DNA of 64,000 nucleotides from Candidatus Omnitrophota bacterium (GTDB lineage: Bacteria; Omnitrophota; Gorgyraeia; Zapsychrales; JANLHA01). This document shows, piece after piece, positions 55,088 to 64,000 of the stretch. The notes beneath the pieces are model-generated. The model had not been told where the DNA came from. It saw only the letters and a program-made list of their open reading frames with translations, and made no database searches. Where the stretch lies: the NCBI GenBank assembly GCA_029560465.1, contig JAKQKX010000062.1:3836-67835 (forward strand). Reading direction: 5' to 3'. Position 1 is the stretch's first letter. The number at the start of each line of letters is the position of its first letter. A program made the position numbers and the translations under genes.

Positions 55088-57418
55088 ATGTCACCTATCC
55101 TACATCGCGTTGCCCGGCCTTTAAACCGGATGTTTGCCGGATTATCTTTTATCCTGCTGGCGTTGCAGTTGCCTTTTTTAGCATCCGTTGTGCTCCCCGT
55201 CCATGACACCATGCATATCTTCGGTATATTTCACGCTTTTTATAATGAATTTTTTTTCCGCGGTAAAATTATGCAGTGGTTCCCGGAGGTCTCTTACGGG
55301 TTGCCCACCCATATGAATCAATTGATGAACCTTTCTCCCTTGAGTTATTTCGCCATGCTGGCCGGCAGCCTGTTGCGGATCAAGGATGTTTTGTTTTTAT
55401 ATAAATTGTCTTTATGCTTGGAAGCTTTTGTTTTTTTAGCCGGAGTTTATAAGTTAGCCGGCCTCTTGTTTCGGCGCAAAGATACGGTTTTCTTTGTCTG
55501 CCTTAGTTCTTTGGGCTCTGTTTTTCTATATGCTCAGATTTTTCTGAATTTCCGGATTGTTTATTTGTTCCCGTGGGCCTTGTTTTATTTTGTCCGATTC
55601 TCCCGTGAACGTTCTGGAGCCTGGCTGTGGAGCGGGGGGAGTTGCCTTTTGATCTCCCTCTGGGGCAGTTTACCGTATTACGCCGTGTTGTGGTTGATGG
55701 TGCTTTTTTTCCTGGGCCTGCCGTTCATCACCCGGCTTCCCGGTCTGGCGACGCGGGCCTTTTCTCCCCGGGGAAAATCCATTTTGATGCTGGCCCTTTT
55801 GCTTGCTTTGCTGGCGATTTATTTTTTTGATGCCCGTCACTTGACTTACGGGGTGACCCTTGTTTCTCCGGGGCGGGACAGCCAAAGCGGGCAGATCGCG
55901 GTTACGGAATTCATGGATTATGGCGGCAGGGGATCGTTGGGGGAGATCATGAGCAGCCTCTTGTTCGCCCGGCCGTTTTTTCTTTCTAACGGATCGGGGA
56001 TGGACAACACGGTTTATGTCGGCCTTATTCCGCTTTTTTTTGTTTTATGGGCGGGGGTGTTTGTCCGGGAACGGGGATTTTATGCGTTCTTTTTGGTTTA
56101 CGTCGTTTTGTTGCTGCTCGCTGTTAGTCCGTTGATGGCCCGGTTGCTTTACGCCTTTCCGGGTATGGCATATTTCCGGCATACCGGACTCGTGATGGGG
56201 TTTGCCAGATTATTCCTGATTGTCTCGGCTGGTTACGGCTGGGAACATTTCTGGAAGAGCGAAGGCTGGAACAACAGATTTAACCTGGCCGTTGTTTTTT
56301 GTTTTATTTTTCTGTGGGGGGGGGCGTTCTTTTTCTTGCTGTGGAAAAACGGCCGCTTTGAGCCTTTGCCGCTGTTTTCCCAAATAAGGATTGTCTTGCC
56401 GGGGGTGGTCTTTTTTTTATCTTTATTGGCCCTGGCTTGGGGGAAGACGGCGGTCCGTGGCCGGGGCGCGGGCCGGTTCCCGGAAGCGTTTATTGTTTTT
56501 TGCCTGGTGGATATGGTTTTGTTTCAGGTGGCGGCGTATCATCATCTGCCGCATTTGCGGACCCCGGAAGAGCGGGGTGTGCTTTCCAGCCGTTTTGTCA
56601 GCAAACGGCTGTTTCAGGCGGAACGGGTCCCACGTCCGCAGACCGACCGTTCCAAAAAGGCTTATCAGTTGATGGAAGAATTCGGGAAGGCCCCCCAATA
56701 CACATATAATGACTCCTTCTATCAGTTTGATCCCTGTTTTATCCCGGTCCGGGTGGACATGATCTGTCCCGGGATTGAGTATCTTTACCGGTTCAACCCG
56801 GTCCTTCCCACGGTCCTGTCCGGCTGTCATGAACCCAAACTGCGATTGATCAGCCGGGCCACGTGGATGGCCCCGGAGCAGCGGGACCGGGCGTTTCGTA
56901 ACCTTGTCGTGGCGCTTGAGCGTCTGTCCGTGATGCTGCCAGGCGGGCCTCAGAACGCTATCGCCGTCTTGACGGCCAGAACGCGGGGGCAGTTGATCCT
57001 CCCGGCGGAAGAGGCGAAGATGGGGCCGTCGGGGGCCGGGGGGGCGCCCATTGAACTAAGCCTGGAACAACAGCGGGATATCCGGGTGGAAGAGTATACC
57101 AGCGAACGTTTGCTATGCCGGGCCCGCGTGCCGGTTTCTCCCGGGGCTTGGATGCTTTATTCCCAGGCGTATCACCCGGGCTGGCGGGCCAGCATAGACG
57201 GGACAAGGGTTGGGATCAGCCAGGCCTTTGGCGCTTTTATGGCCGTCTTTGTCCCCGAGGGGGAGCACCATATCCTTTTTGAATTTAATAATGGGGCCGG
57301 GACGGTGTTAAGTTATCTGGTGGCTGTCGTTGGATTTTTGGCCGGGGGAATCTTGGTGTTGCTGTCATTCCGAGTTTTATTGAGTCGTGAACAGGACGGA
57401 GGACCCGGTGGCTGTTAA
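55088..57418 (+). CDS. YfhO-like GT-C polytopic membrane protein (paralog 1, intact)
   Basis: ~776 aa, >12 TM; N-terminal region FRGKIMQWFPEVSYGLPTHMNQL (YfhO-like PLWNP-type loop); C-terminal YHPGWRASIDGTRVGISQAFGAFMAVFVPEGEHHILFEF typical of YfhO C-terminus. Confidence 0.55.
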   Translation: MSPILHRVARPLNRMFAGLSFILLALQLPFLASVVLPVHDTMHIFGIFHAFYNEFFFRGKIMQWFPEVSYGLPTHMNQLMNLSPLSYFAMLAGSLLRIKDVLFLYKLSLCLEAFVFLAGVYKLAGLLFRRKDTVFFVCLSSLGSVFLYAQIFLNFRIVYLFPWALFYFVRFSRERSGAWLWSGGSCLLISLWGSLPYYAVLWLMVLFFLGLPFITRLPGLATRAFSPRGKSILMLALLLALLAIYFFDARHLTYGVTLVSPGRDSQSGQIAVTEFMDYGGRGSLGEIMSSLLFARPFFLSNGSGMDNTVYVGLIPLFFVLWAGVFVRERGFYAFFLVYVVLLLLAVSPLMARLLYAFPGMAYFRHTGLVMGFARLFLIVSAGYGWEHFWKSEGWNNRFNLAVVFCFIFLWGGAFFFLLWKNGRFEPLPLFSQIRIVLPGVVFFLSLLALAWGKTAVRGRGAGRFPEAFIVFCLVDMVLFQVAAYHHLPHLRTPEERGVLSSRFVSKRLFQAERVPRPQTDRSKKAYQLMEEFGKAPQYTYNDSFYQFDPCFIPVRVDMICPGIEYLYRFNPVLPTVLSGCHEPKLRLISRATWMAPEQRDRAFRNLVVALERLSVMLPGGPQNAIAVLTARTRGQLILPAEEAKMGPSGAGGAPIELSLEQQRDIRVEEYTSERLLCRARVPVSPGAWMLYSQAYHPGWRASIDGTRVGISQAFGAFMAVFVPEGEHHILFEFNNGAGTVLSYLVAVVGFLAGGILVLLSFRVLLSREQDGGPGGC

Positions 57419-58547
57419 TCTTTTTAAAGGGAAGAGAATCTGGAACGGTTTAAAATTCGTCTGGCCTTTGCTGTTATGGGCGTTCCTATACCGGAATATC
57501 CTCCTGGCTCGAGCCCCTGTTTTTCCGGAAACTTTTTATATTTATTCCATCGTAAGGTTTGTTCTAGACAATCTCTGTTCCGGAGTTTTCCCTCTCTGGA
57601 ATCCTTACCTTCTTTGGGGAGTCCCGATTCAGATTTTTCTGACGTATATCGGGATTTTTAATCCGGCCTGGGGGGCGATGCTCCTCCTGAAGCTGGGGGG
57701 AGTGGATTCTTATCAGGCCTTTATGTGCGCGGCTTTTGGATATTTCCTGCTCGGGCAGTTTGGGGTCTATTTCCTGGCCCGGGCGCTGCTGAAGGACGGG
57801 CGGGCGGCCTATGTGGCTTTTCTGCTTTCCCTGTTTTCTTCCGCGGGCATGACAGTGGGCATTCAGTATCACATGGTTCTTCTTTTTGTGCCGGTGGTCT
57901 GGCTGGCGTTCTTTTTATGCCGGTTTTATCAAAAGGGTTCCGCGCGGTACGTTTTGGGCGCGGTTTTTTGTTCCGTATTGATTTTAACAACATATCTGCC
58001 GTTGTACGCGGCTGTAGTTTTTTCGTGGGCCGCCCTGGCGTTGTTATTGACCTGCCCGTCGGTGCTGATCATTTTCTGGAGAGGGTGCCGTTCTTTCGCT
58101 CTGCGCAACCGCCTGTTAACTGCGGGCGTGACCGCCGCGGTCATCTTTTCCGCCTTGCCTGGCCTGCTGGCTTACCGCAGTGTCCATCGCAAAGAGGTGG
58201 TCGTCCCCTTCCGGCACCAGGGAAGCCGGGTGTTTGACCAGGGGCTGGCTTACCCGGATTATGCCGCTTTTACCGACGGGGCGTTGGCGGCGCGCATGTC
58301 GTTGCGCGATTTTTATGCTGACTTGAATGAATTGAATTATGGCAACGAAGGCATCCTTTATCTTGGCGGTTGGGCCTTTCTGGTGTTGCTTTTGTCCTTG
58401 CCCAACCGGGTGACTCGCCGGGGCCTGTTTCTTGCTGTCTTTAGCGTTTTGATTGCTTTCTTGGCGCTCGAAAAGGCCACCCCGGTCCATAAATTTTTGT
58501 TTCAGCATATTTTCGTGTTCCGGCTGACGCAACATGCATTTTTTTAA
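57408..58547 (+). CDS. YfhO-like GT-C membrane protein paralog 2, N-terminal part (terminates in a T7 run)
   Basis: GTG 57408 after SD ggacggagga; FPLWNPYLLWGVP motif; ends ...LTQHAFF* in tttttttaa. Confidence 0.5.
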   Translation: MAVNLFKGKRIWNGLKFVWPLLLWAFLYRNILLARAPVFPETFYIYSIVRFVLDNLCSGVFPLWNPYLLWGVPIQIFLTYIGIFNPAWGAMLLLKLGGVDSYQAFMCAAFGYFLLGQFGVYFLARALLKDGRAAYVAFLLSLFSSAGMTVGIQYHMVLLFVPVVWLAFFLCRFYQKGSARYVLGAVFCSVLILTTYLPLYAAVVFSWAALALLLTCPSVLIIFWRGCRSFALRNRLLTAGVTAAVIFSALPGLLAYRSVHRKEVVVPFRHQGSRVFDQGLAYPDYAAFTDGALAARMSLRDFYADLNELNYGNEGILYLGGWAFLVLLLSLPNRVTRRGLFLAVFSVLIAFLALEKATPVHKFLFQHIFVFRLTQHAFF

Positions 58548-59706
58548 TCCATTTTTATTAACCGCGTTTATCCTGCTGGCGGCGGAACAGTTTAGGGTGC
58601 TGTTGCATGAAGGGCTGGACCTGCCTCGCCGGAGCTGGCAGGCCGCCTACGCCTTCGTGGTTCATTCCCTGGTTTTGTTTTTTCTCTTTCGGCAAGAGGT
58701 GATCCATACGACAACCCTGTTTGTGCCCGTTTTGAGCTTGGTTTTCTGGGGCAGGCAAATTTTTGGAAAAAGAGGGGAGGTGTCTCCCTTGGGGTGGGTT
58801 TTGCTTGTTGGCGGCCTGCTTTTACAACCCATGGAGGTTATCGGGCAGTATCAGCTTAACGCGGATTCGGCCTGGCCGTTAATCCGGGAGCATGCCCGAA
58901 TTCCAGCGCGTAAACCCGCTTTTTCTTTTATCCGGCCGCTTAGGCCGTTGTTTACCGGCACGCCGGAAGAAGAGCATGTCCTCACGGCTATCTATCGTAT
59001 CCGCCTGGAAGATTCGCCGGGATTCTTTATGCGGAGGCAGAACGCCTTTCCCTGCGTCTGGTCCTATTTTCTGGCCACGCATATCCCCGAGGCCGATTTC
59101 CGTCCATTGACCACCTATAAGTTTATTCTTTATGACCGGGTGAGAATTGTCGAGGAGGCTTCGCCCTTTGTGACGAGAAGCCCTGGAGACACAAGCGTGG
59201 CCGAGCCTTCCGGGATGAATCCTGGCCTTGAGATGTCATCCCTTTTGGCGGAAATGCGCGAGGCTTTTAGCCGGAAGCAAGATGTGGCGTTTGTTCATGT
59301 GCCGTTAAAATATATATCTCCTCCGTTGCACGCCCTGGCTGTCCGGGGCGAACGGGGGGGGCCACCCCTGTTCGTAGAAGCTGCCAGCCCGCAGGTCAGG
59401 CTGAAAAAATATTCCGTCAACGGCTTGACGCTCGAAACAGACCTGCCTCAAGATAAATTTTTGGTCTATACAGACAGTTATTCCCCTGGATGGCGGGTCA
59501 CGCTGGATGGCCGGCCCGTTCCATTATACCGGGCTAATTTGGCTTTTAAGGGGCTTCTGGTCCCGTCCGGCCGGCATAAAATCCGATTTTTTTTTGACCC
59601 GCCGTTGGTCAGTGTAGTCTTTTTTTTGCAGGAAATGATTGTCGTTGGGGTTTTTATCGCCGGTGTGGCGGCTTTTTCGCGCCGAAAGGGAAACGGCGCG
59701 GTTTAA
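58534..59706 (+). CDS. YfhO-like paralog 2, C-terminal part (+1 frame relative to upstream ORF)
   Basis: Contains YSPGWRVTLDGRPVPLYRANLAFKGLLVPSGRHKIRFFF C-terminal YfhO motif and terminal TM; ATG lies inside the upstream ORF just before the T7 run. Confidence 0.5.
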   Translation: MHFFNPFLLTAFILLAAEQFRVLLHEGLDLPRRSWQAAYAFVVHSLVLFFLFRQEVIHTTTLFVPVLSLVFWGRQIFGKRGEVSPLGWVLLVGGLLLQPMEVIGQYQLNADSAWPLIREHARIPARKPAFSFIRPLRPLFTGTPEEEHVLTAIYRIRLEDSPGFFMRRQNAFPCVWSYFLATHIPEADFRPLTTYKFILYDRVRIVEEASPFVTRSPGDTSVAEPSGMNPGLEMSSLLAEMREAFSRKQDVAFVHVPLKYISPPLHALAVRGERGGPPLFVEAASPQVRLKKYSVNGLTLETDLPQDKFLVYTDSYSPGWRVTLDGRPVPLYRANLAFKGLLVPSGRHKIRFFFDPPLVSVVFFLQEMIVVGVFIAGVAAFSRRKGNGAV

Positions 59707-59961
59707 GCCGAATCATGCCGGAGCCGGGTGCCGTTGATTTAATAGGTGGGAGAGTCCTGCCGGATATTATATTGATGTGTTTTGATTTTTCTTATTATTA
59801 TGCTGTATAATGGGATTAATTTTGCCCGGCTGAAGCGCGCCCGCTTTATCCATCCGTTACGGGAGGACGAGGAAGGTTTGTCGCTCGCGGTTGATACCGG
59901 GGGAACGGCCTGTTAGGCATGCGGGCCATTTCAGGGCAGGCTCAAATTAAAGGAGAGGACA

Positions 59962-60780
59962 ATGGCCCCAGCGCACAACCAAAACTGGAAGGAATGGTAT
60001 CAGGGCAAAACAGTGCTTTTGACCGGCGCGACATCGGGGATCGGCCGGGAGATGGCCCGTATTTTAGCGGGGTGCGGGAGCCGGCTGATTCTTTGCGGCC
60101 GCAACCCGGAGGCGTTAGCGGCCCTGAAGAACGAATTGGGCCCGCAGGGGAACCAGGCGGCCCTGGAGACATATTGCCTGGATTTGGAAAACGGGGAAGA
60201 GGTCCGGGAGCTGTGCCGTTCTCTGCAGGTCCGTGACCCGGTGGATGTCCTGATCAACAACGCGGGGTTTGGATACATGGGAGATTTTGTCTCCATGCCG
60301 GAAGAGACGGGCCTGGCCATGCTGAAAGTCAATATGGACGCCGTGGTCCTTTTGTGCCGGAGCTTTTTGCCGTTGATGAAAGATCGTCCCGGGACTGGGG
60401 TTTTGAATGTCGGGTCGGTCGTTTCGTTCTACACGATTCCCGGGTCGGCCGTGTACGCGGCGACGAAACATTTTATCATCGGGCTGACCGACGCCTTGCA
60501 CCAGGAAATGCTGCCGTACGGCGTCCACGTCACCGGGCTCTATCCCGGCCGGACACATAGCCGGTTTTTGTCCCGGGCGACCAACGGGGCGTTGCAGCAA
60601 TGGCATAGAGCGGCCGACCCTGAGGATGTCGCCTGGATAGGTTTAAAAGGTTTAACGGAAAACAAGGTCCGGGTCCTGACCGACTGGCCCAATGCCGCCA
60701 AAGCGTTTGTGGCCCGGCTGGTCCCGATCCGGTTTTTTTTAAAGACCGCGGCTTACCGGGCGGTCCCGAAGGAGAAATAG
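59962..60780 (+). CDS. Short-chain dehydrogenase/reductase (SDR) family oxidoreductase
   Basis: TGATSGIGREMA cofactor motif, NNAG, catalytic S...YxxxK (YAATK). Confidence 0.8.
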   Translation: MAPAHNQNWKEWYQGKTVLLTGATSGIGREMARILAGCGSRLILCGRNPEALAALKNELGPQGNQAALETYCLDLENGEEVRELCRSLQVRDPVDVLINNAGFGYMGDFVSMPEETGLAMLKVNMDAVVLLCRSFLPLMKDRPGTGVLNVGSVVSFYTIPGSAVYAATKHFIIGLTDALHQEMLPYGVHVTGLYPGRTHSRFLSRATNGALQQWHRAADPEDVAWIGLKGLTENKVRVLTDWPNAAKAFVARLVPIRFFLKTAAYRAVPKEK

Positions 60781-60781
60781 T

Positions 60782-61864
60782 GTGCCGCGTCTTCTGACCC
60801 GCCTTTTAAAAACCGGCCGATGGCCTTCCTATGTGATATTTTTTGTCACGGCTCGCTGCAACGCGTCATGCAAGATGTGTTTCTACAAGGAGAACATGGA
60901 CAGCAACGCCGCCAAGGACGAGCTGACCCTTGACGAATATGAAAAGATTTCCCGCCAGATCCCTTTGATAAACGTGCTGGGCATTTCAGGAGGAGAACCT
61001 TTCCTCCGGCAAGACCTGCATCAAATCGTGGAAATTTTGTACCGTCATTGCTCTCCCGCCGTTGTCGACCTGCCCACCAACGGCTTTTTCCCGGACAAGG
61101 TGGCGCCCCAAGTGGAGAAGATCGCCCGTGCGTGCCCGGACATGGTCGTTGATATCCAGCTTTCTCTTGATGGCCCTCCGGAGGTGCACGACCATATCCG
61201 CGGCCTTAAAGACGGGTTTAAGAGGGTGCGGGAGACCTACCGGGCTTTGGTGCCTTTAAAAAACAGGTACCGGAATTTCCGCTTGAAGGCCTGCGTGGTC
61301 TATTCCGCCTATAACCAGGACTATATGGAGCCGCTGTTTGACATCCTTGAGAACGAGTTTCCCGCATTCGACCGGATCGTGTTTTCTGTCGCCCACGGGA
61401 GCGTTTGTAACGCGGAGGCGATGCGTTTTGACTGGGGGAAATATTTCCGGTTGTGTGACCGGATGCGCTCTATAGCCAGGGCCCGGCGCATAACCGATGT
61501 CCATTCGATCTTCACGATGGCTTTGCGGGTCGCCAAGAATGATTTGCTCAAGGATATTTTGGAACGCAAAGACATGCATAAAATCTGCCGGGCCGGGCAG
61601 GCGGTCATTGTCATCAACGAAACCGGGGCGGTGTTCCCGTGCGAGCCTTTGTGGCAGCCGGTCGGCCAGTTGAGGGCCAACGGTTATGACCTGAAACAGG
61701 TCCTTTTTTCGGAGGAAATGAAGCGGTTCCGTCGGCAGATCAAGCAAGAGGCGTGCACCTGCCACTGGGGGTTGCCGATGTCCAACACGATTATGCTTTC
61801 GCCTCGGTATTACCCGAAGATCCTGGCGGAGATGGCGCGGATTGCCTGGCGCAGCCGTAAGTGA
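60782..61864 (+). CDS. Radical SAM protein with C-terminal Cys-containing (SPASM/twitch-like) extension
   Basis: CNASCKMC Cx3Cx2C cluster near N-terminus; C-terminal cysteines (CRAGQ..., FPCEP, CTCHWG); GTG start 2 nt after SDR stop with SD aaggagaaa. Confidence 0.65.
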   Translation: MPRLLTRLLKTGRWPSYVIFFVTARCNASCKMCFYKENMDSNAAKDELTLDEYEKISRQIPLINVLGISGGEPFLRQDLHQIVEILYRHCSPAVVDLPTNGFFPDKVAPQVEKIARACPDMVVDIQLSLDGPPEVHDHIRGLKDGFKRVRETYRALVPLKNRYRNFRLKACVVYSAYNQDYMEPLFDILENEFPAFDRIVFSVAHGSVCNAEAMRFDWGKYFRLCDRMRSIARARRITDVHSIFTMALRVAKNDLLKDILERKDMHKICRAGQAVIVINETGAVFPCEPLWQPVGQLRANGYDLKQVLFSEEMKRFRRQIKQEACTCHWGLPMSNTIMLSPRYYPKILAEMARIAWRSRK

Positions 61865-61885
61865 GCCCCTTGAGGAAAAAGACGG

Positions 61886-62773
61886 ATGTCTTTTAAATTG
61901 GATTTGCATATTCACACCCAATCGTTCGGCCGGACGTTTATGAACGAGTATCAGCTCAAAGAGAGCCTGCGGCGGCGCGGCATGGACGGGATCGCGGTCA
62001 CAAATTTTTTTAACATCACCCACGCGCTTTGGCTGAAGGAAAAGCTGCCGGAGTTTGTTATCGTTGTCGGGCAGGAAATTTGGACGGCCGCCGGCCATGT
62101 CATCGCCCTGGGGATCAAAGAAAAGATCGGGGATTTCTTAAGCGCGGAAGAAACCCTTCGTCGGATTCATGATCAGGGCGGGATTGCGGTCGCGGTGCAT
62201 CCCTATTTACACCTGGGGCTGGGGGGCCGTATCCGCCGGCTGCCTTTTGACGCCGTGGAGGTCTATAACGCGTCCCTCGGTTCAGTCGGGATTTATAATA
62301 TCCTCGCCCGGCGCCTGGCGCGGGGCCTGCCGCTGGGTCATGTCGCGGGAACGGACACGACGGACACAGCGTTCATCGGGCAGGGGTGCACGGAGGTTTT
62401 AGCCGACCGCCCGGAGGACATCCTGGACGCGATCCGGAGGGGCCGGACCAGGGTTTCCGGGAAGCCGCTGCCTTTGCCGCTGAAGTTTATCATTAAAAAT
62501 TTTTTGAAATACCGCGACCTGGAACCCTGCTCCCTTCACGCCACGCTGTGTCTTATTTGCGGCAAGTCGATGCGGGTCCGGGTTTTTAAGAAGAAATTCC
62601 GTTGCGAAGAGTGCGGCAAGATCGAAGCGGCGCGCGTGGCCTGCTGCAACGGCCACTATCTTTGTTGGGACTGCGCGACGCGGCGACTGCACGCGCGGGA
62701 TGACACGCGCCGTTATGAAGAGGAAAACAAGATTTTCAGGGAGAGATGCGGGCGAGCACATTTTCAACTATAA
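61886..62773 (+). CDS. PHP-domain metal-dependent phosphoesterase fused to C-terminal Cys-rich zinc ribbon
   Basis: DLHIHT, GIAVTNF, VGQEI, AVHP, VEVYNA PHP motifs; C-terminal CLICG...CEECG...CCNGHYLCWDC. Confidence 0.6.
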   Translation: MSFKLDLHIHTQSFGRTFMNEYQLKESLRRRGMDGIAVTNFFNITHALWLKEKLPEFVIVVGQEIWTAAGHVIALGIKEKIGDFLSAEETLRRIHDQGGIAVAVHPYLHLGLGGRIRRLPFDAVEVYNASLGSVGIYNILARRLARGLPLGHVAGTDTTDTAFIGQGCTEVLADRPEDILDAIRRGRTRVSGKPLPLPLKFIIKNFLKYRDLEPCSLHATLCLICGKSMRVRVFKKKFRCEECGKIEAARVACCNGHYLCWDCATRRLHARDDTRRYEEENKIFRERCGRAHFQL

Positions 62774-62944
62774 GGATTGTATATTTGAAGGAATTGTATA
62801 AGATGGGGAAAGGCAGATCCATAAGGGGATCCAAGGGGCTGCCATCGTTCAGGCGAGTCCTGTGTCGGGCTCTAATTCACTCTGGCAACCCCTTGGATTT
62901 CGTATATATCGTTGAATCAACATCGTTATCATGAGGGACTCAAC

Positions 62945-63982
62945 ATGAACAGTTTGTGGAAAGATTTTAAACGTTTCCTCGGGATGATGCGGCTCTACGC
63001 CCGGGTGGGGTTGCGCCGCATGACGCCCCGGAAAGCGTACGTGATGTCCAGGTACTGGGTTTTAACGCAAATATTCCGCCGGAAAATCCCGTGGCTCATC
63101 GAACTTTCCGTGACGTACCGTTGTAATTGCCGCTGCAAGCACTGTTCGGTGTCCAATTATTTCAGCGATGCCGATTTGAGCCGGGAATTAAAAACGGAAG
63201 AGGTTAAAAAAACTCTGGATGAGGCCGTCGCCATGGGGATCCCCAAGGTGGATTATTTCGGCGGGGAGCCTCTTTTGCGGACGGACATTGTTGAGCTGGT
63301 CCGCTACGGGGAAAGCCTGGGGCTGTACATTTCTTTGACGACCAACGCCTGGTTTTTGACCCGGCCGATGATCAAGGACCTCAAAAACGCGGGGATCAGC
63401 TGCATCAATGTCAGCCTGGACAGCGTGGAGGAAGAAGAGCATGACCGTTTGCGCGGCCTCTCCGGCGTGTACCGACGGGCCGTGGAGGCGGTGAAAGGGT
63501 GCCATGAAGAGAGCATCCCCTGCATTGTCTCCACGTATGCCACCCGGCGAAGGATTCAGAATTTCGCGACCTCCCGGGATGACAGCGCTTTGACCGCGCT
63601 GATCCAATTTTCAAAATCACTTCAGGCCTCCGGCATCAGGATCCTGTTCCCTATTATTTCCGGAGAATGGGTCAAAAAGAAAGAAATAGAACTTTCCGAG
63701 ACGGAGAAGAGGCTGGTGATTGAAAACATGGACCCGTCCTTCGCGTTTATCGAGGGGGCGTATTCCGTGAAGGGCAAAACCAAAGTGTGCCAGGCGTTGC
63801 GGGGGCGGATGCTTAATATTTCCCCCTACGGCGATATTCAGCTTTGCGTCACGTTCCCGCATTCGTTCGGAAACGTGAAAGATAAAGGCTTGCGACATCT
63901 TGTTTCCAGCATGTGGGCCCATCCGATTTATAAAAAGAATAAAGGAACCAGCTGTTGCAGCACGGAAGATTTAAAAGTGTGA
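62945..63982 (+). CDS. Radical SAM protein (MoaA/SPASM-like fold)
   Basis: CNCRCKHC Cx3Cx2C cluster, GGEPLL glycine-rich SAM motif, C-terminal Cys residues (CQAL..., LCVTF, SCCS); SD gaggga before ATG 62945 (alternative TTG 62912). Confidence 0.65.
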   Translation: MNSLWKDFKRFLGMMRLYARVGLRRMTPRKAYVMSRYWVLTQIFRRKIPWLIELSVTYRCNCRCKHCSVSNYFSDADLSRELKTEEVKKTLDEAVAMGIPKVDYFGGEPLLRTDIVELVRYGESLGLYISLTTNAWFLTRPMIKDLKNAGISCINVSLDSVEEEEHDRLRGLSGVYRRAVEAVKGCHEESIPCIVSTYATRRRIQNFATSRDDSALTALIQFSKSLQASGIRILFPIISGEWVKKKEIELSETEKRLVIENMDPSFAFIEGAYSVKGKTKVCQALRGRMLNISPYGDIQLCVTFPHSFGNVKDKGLRHLVSSMWAHPIYKKNKGTSCCSTEDLKV

Positions 63983-64000
63983 CGTCATTATGAAAGTAAC

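Noticed and set aside
62746-62934. 62-aa ORF-track version of the small ORF between the PHP and rSAM genes
   Set aside because: The upstream part overlaps the PHP gene 3' end. Only the 43-codon version from ATG 62803 is plausible, and even that is speculative. It is reported as a low-confidence observation in the findings.
1-64000. Search for CRISPR arrays, insertion sequences, integrases, or phage genes near tRNA-Pro
   Set aside because: No regularly spaced direct repeats with unique spacers were found, and no transposase or integrase-like ORFs. The only tandem repeats are the coding repeats in the coiled-coil gene, and the tRNA-Pro flanks hold ordinary genes.

Overview
This is a bacterial chromosomal window of roughly 55% GC with dense coding, mostly on the + strand, and many overlapping start/stop junctions. 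I found no CRISPR array, integrase or transposase. Read left to right, the main blocks are as follows.

- **1-8 kb:** a CheD-like gene preceded by a small promoter, mini-ORF and terminator element; an EF-G-family GTPase; ketopantoate reductase; a GltS-like glutamate symporter; and a stand-alone receiver protein.
- **9.1-15.7 kb:** a run of translationally coupled genes for envelope or secreted proteins. These are a PP-loop ATPase, an SGNH hydrolase interrupted by TPR repeats, a pseudo-receiver, a secreted HExxH protein, a MORN lipoprotein and a CPBP protease fused to TPR repeats.
- **15.7-30.1 kb:** a complete type II secretion (T2SS) operon that runs straight on from the previous block. It holds two paralogous secretin genes, a TMTC/PMT-like GT-C glycosyltransferase with TPR repeats, GspE, GspF, GspG, the minor pseudopilins H/I/J/K, then L, M and a C-like gene.
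- **30.1-35.7 kb:** AmiC-type amidase, MurI, the queD-queC-queE-queF preQ1 operon, RNase PH and RdgB.
- **35.8-45.1 kb:** a 1030-aa AsmA/TamB-like protein on the - strand, a PilZ protein, and a carotenoid cluster (crtYc, crtYd, crtB, crtI) next to dxs.
- **45.4-63.9 kb:** tRNA-Pro(TGG), a MORN-repeat protein and a receiver protein, followed by two tandem paralogs of an unusual enzyme that fuses a polytopic membrane domain to a B12-binding radical-SAM core. After these come an 87-aa-period coiled-coil repeat protein, a TPR protein, two tandem YfhO-like GT-C membrane proteins (the second split at a T7 homopolymer), an SDR, and two radical SAM genes flanking a PHP/zinc-ribbon gene.

The items I would look at first are the membrane-fused B12 radical-SAM pair; the T2SS with two secretins, an embedded TMTC-like glycosyltransferase and a poly-Thr tract in the secretin; and the coupled accessory module upstream of the T2SS.
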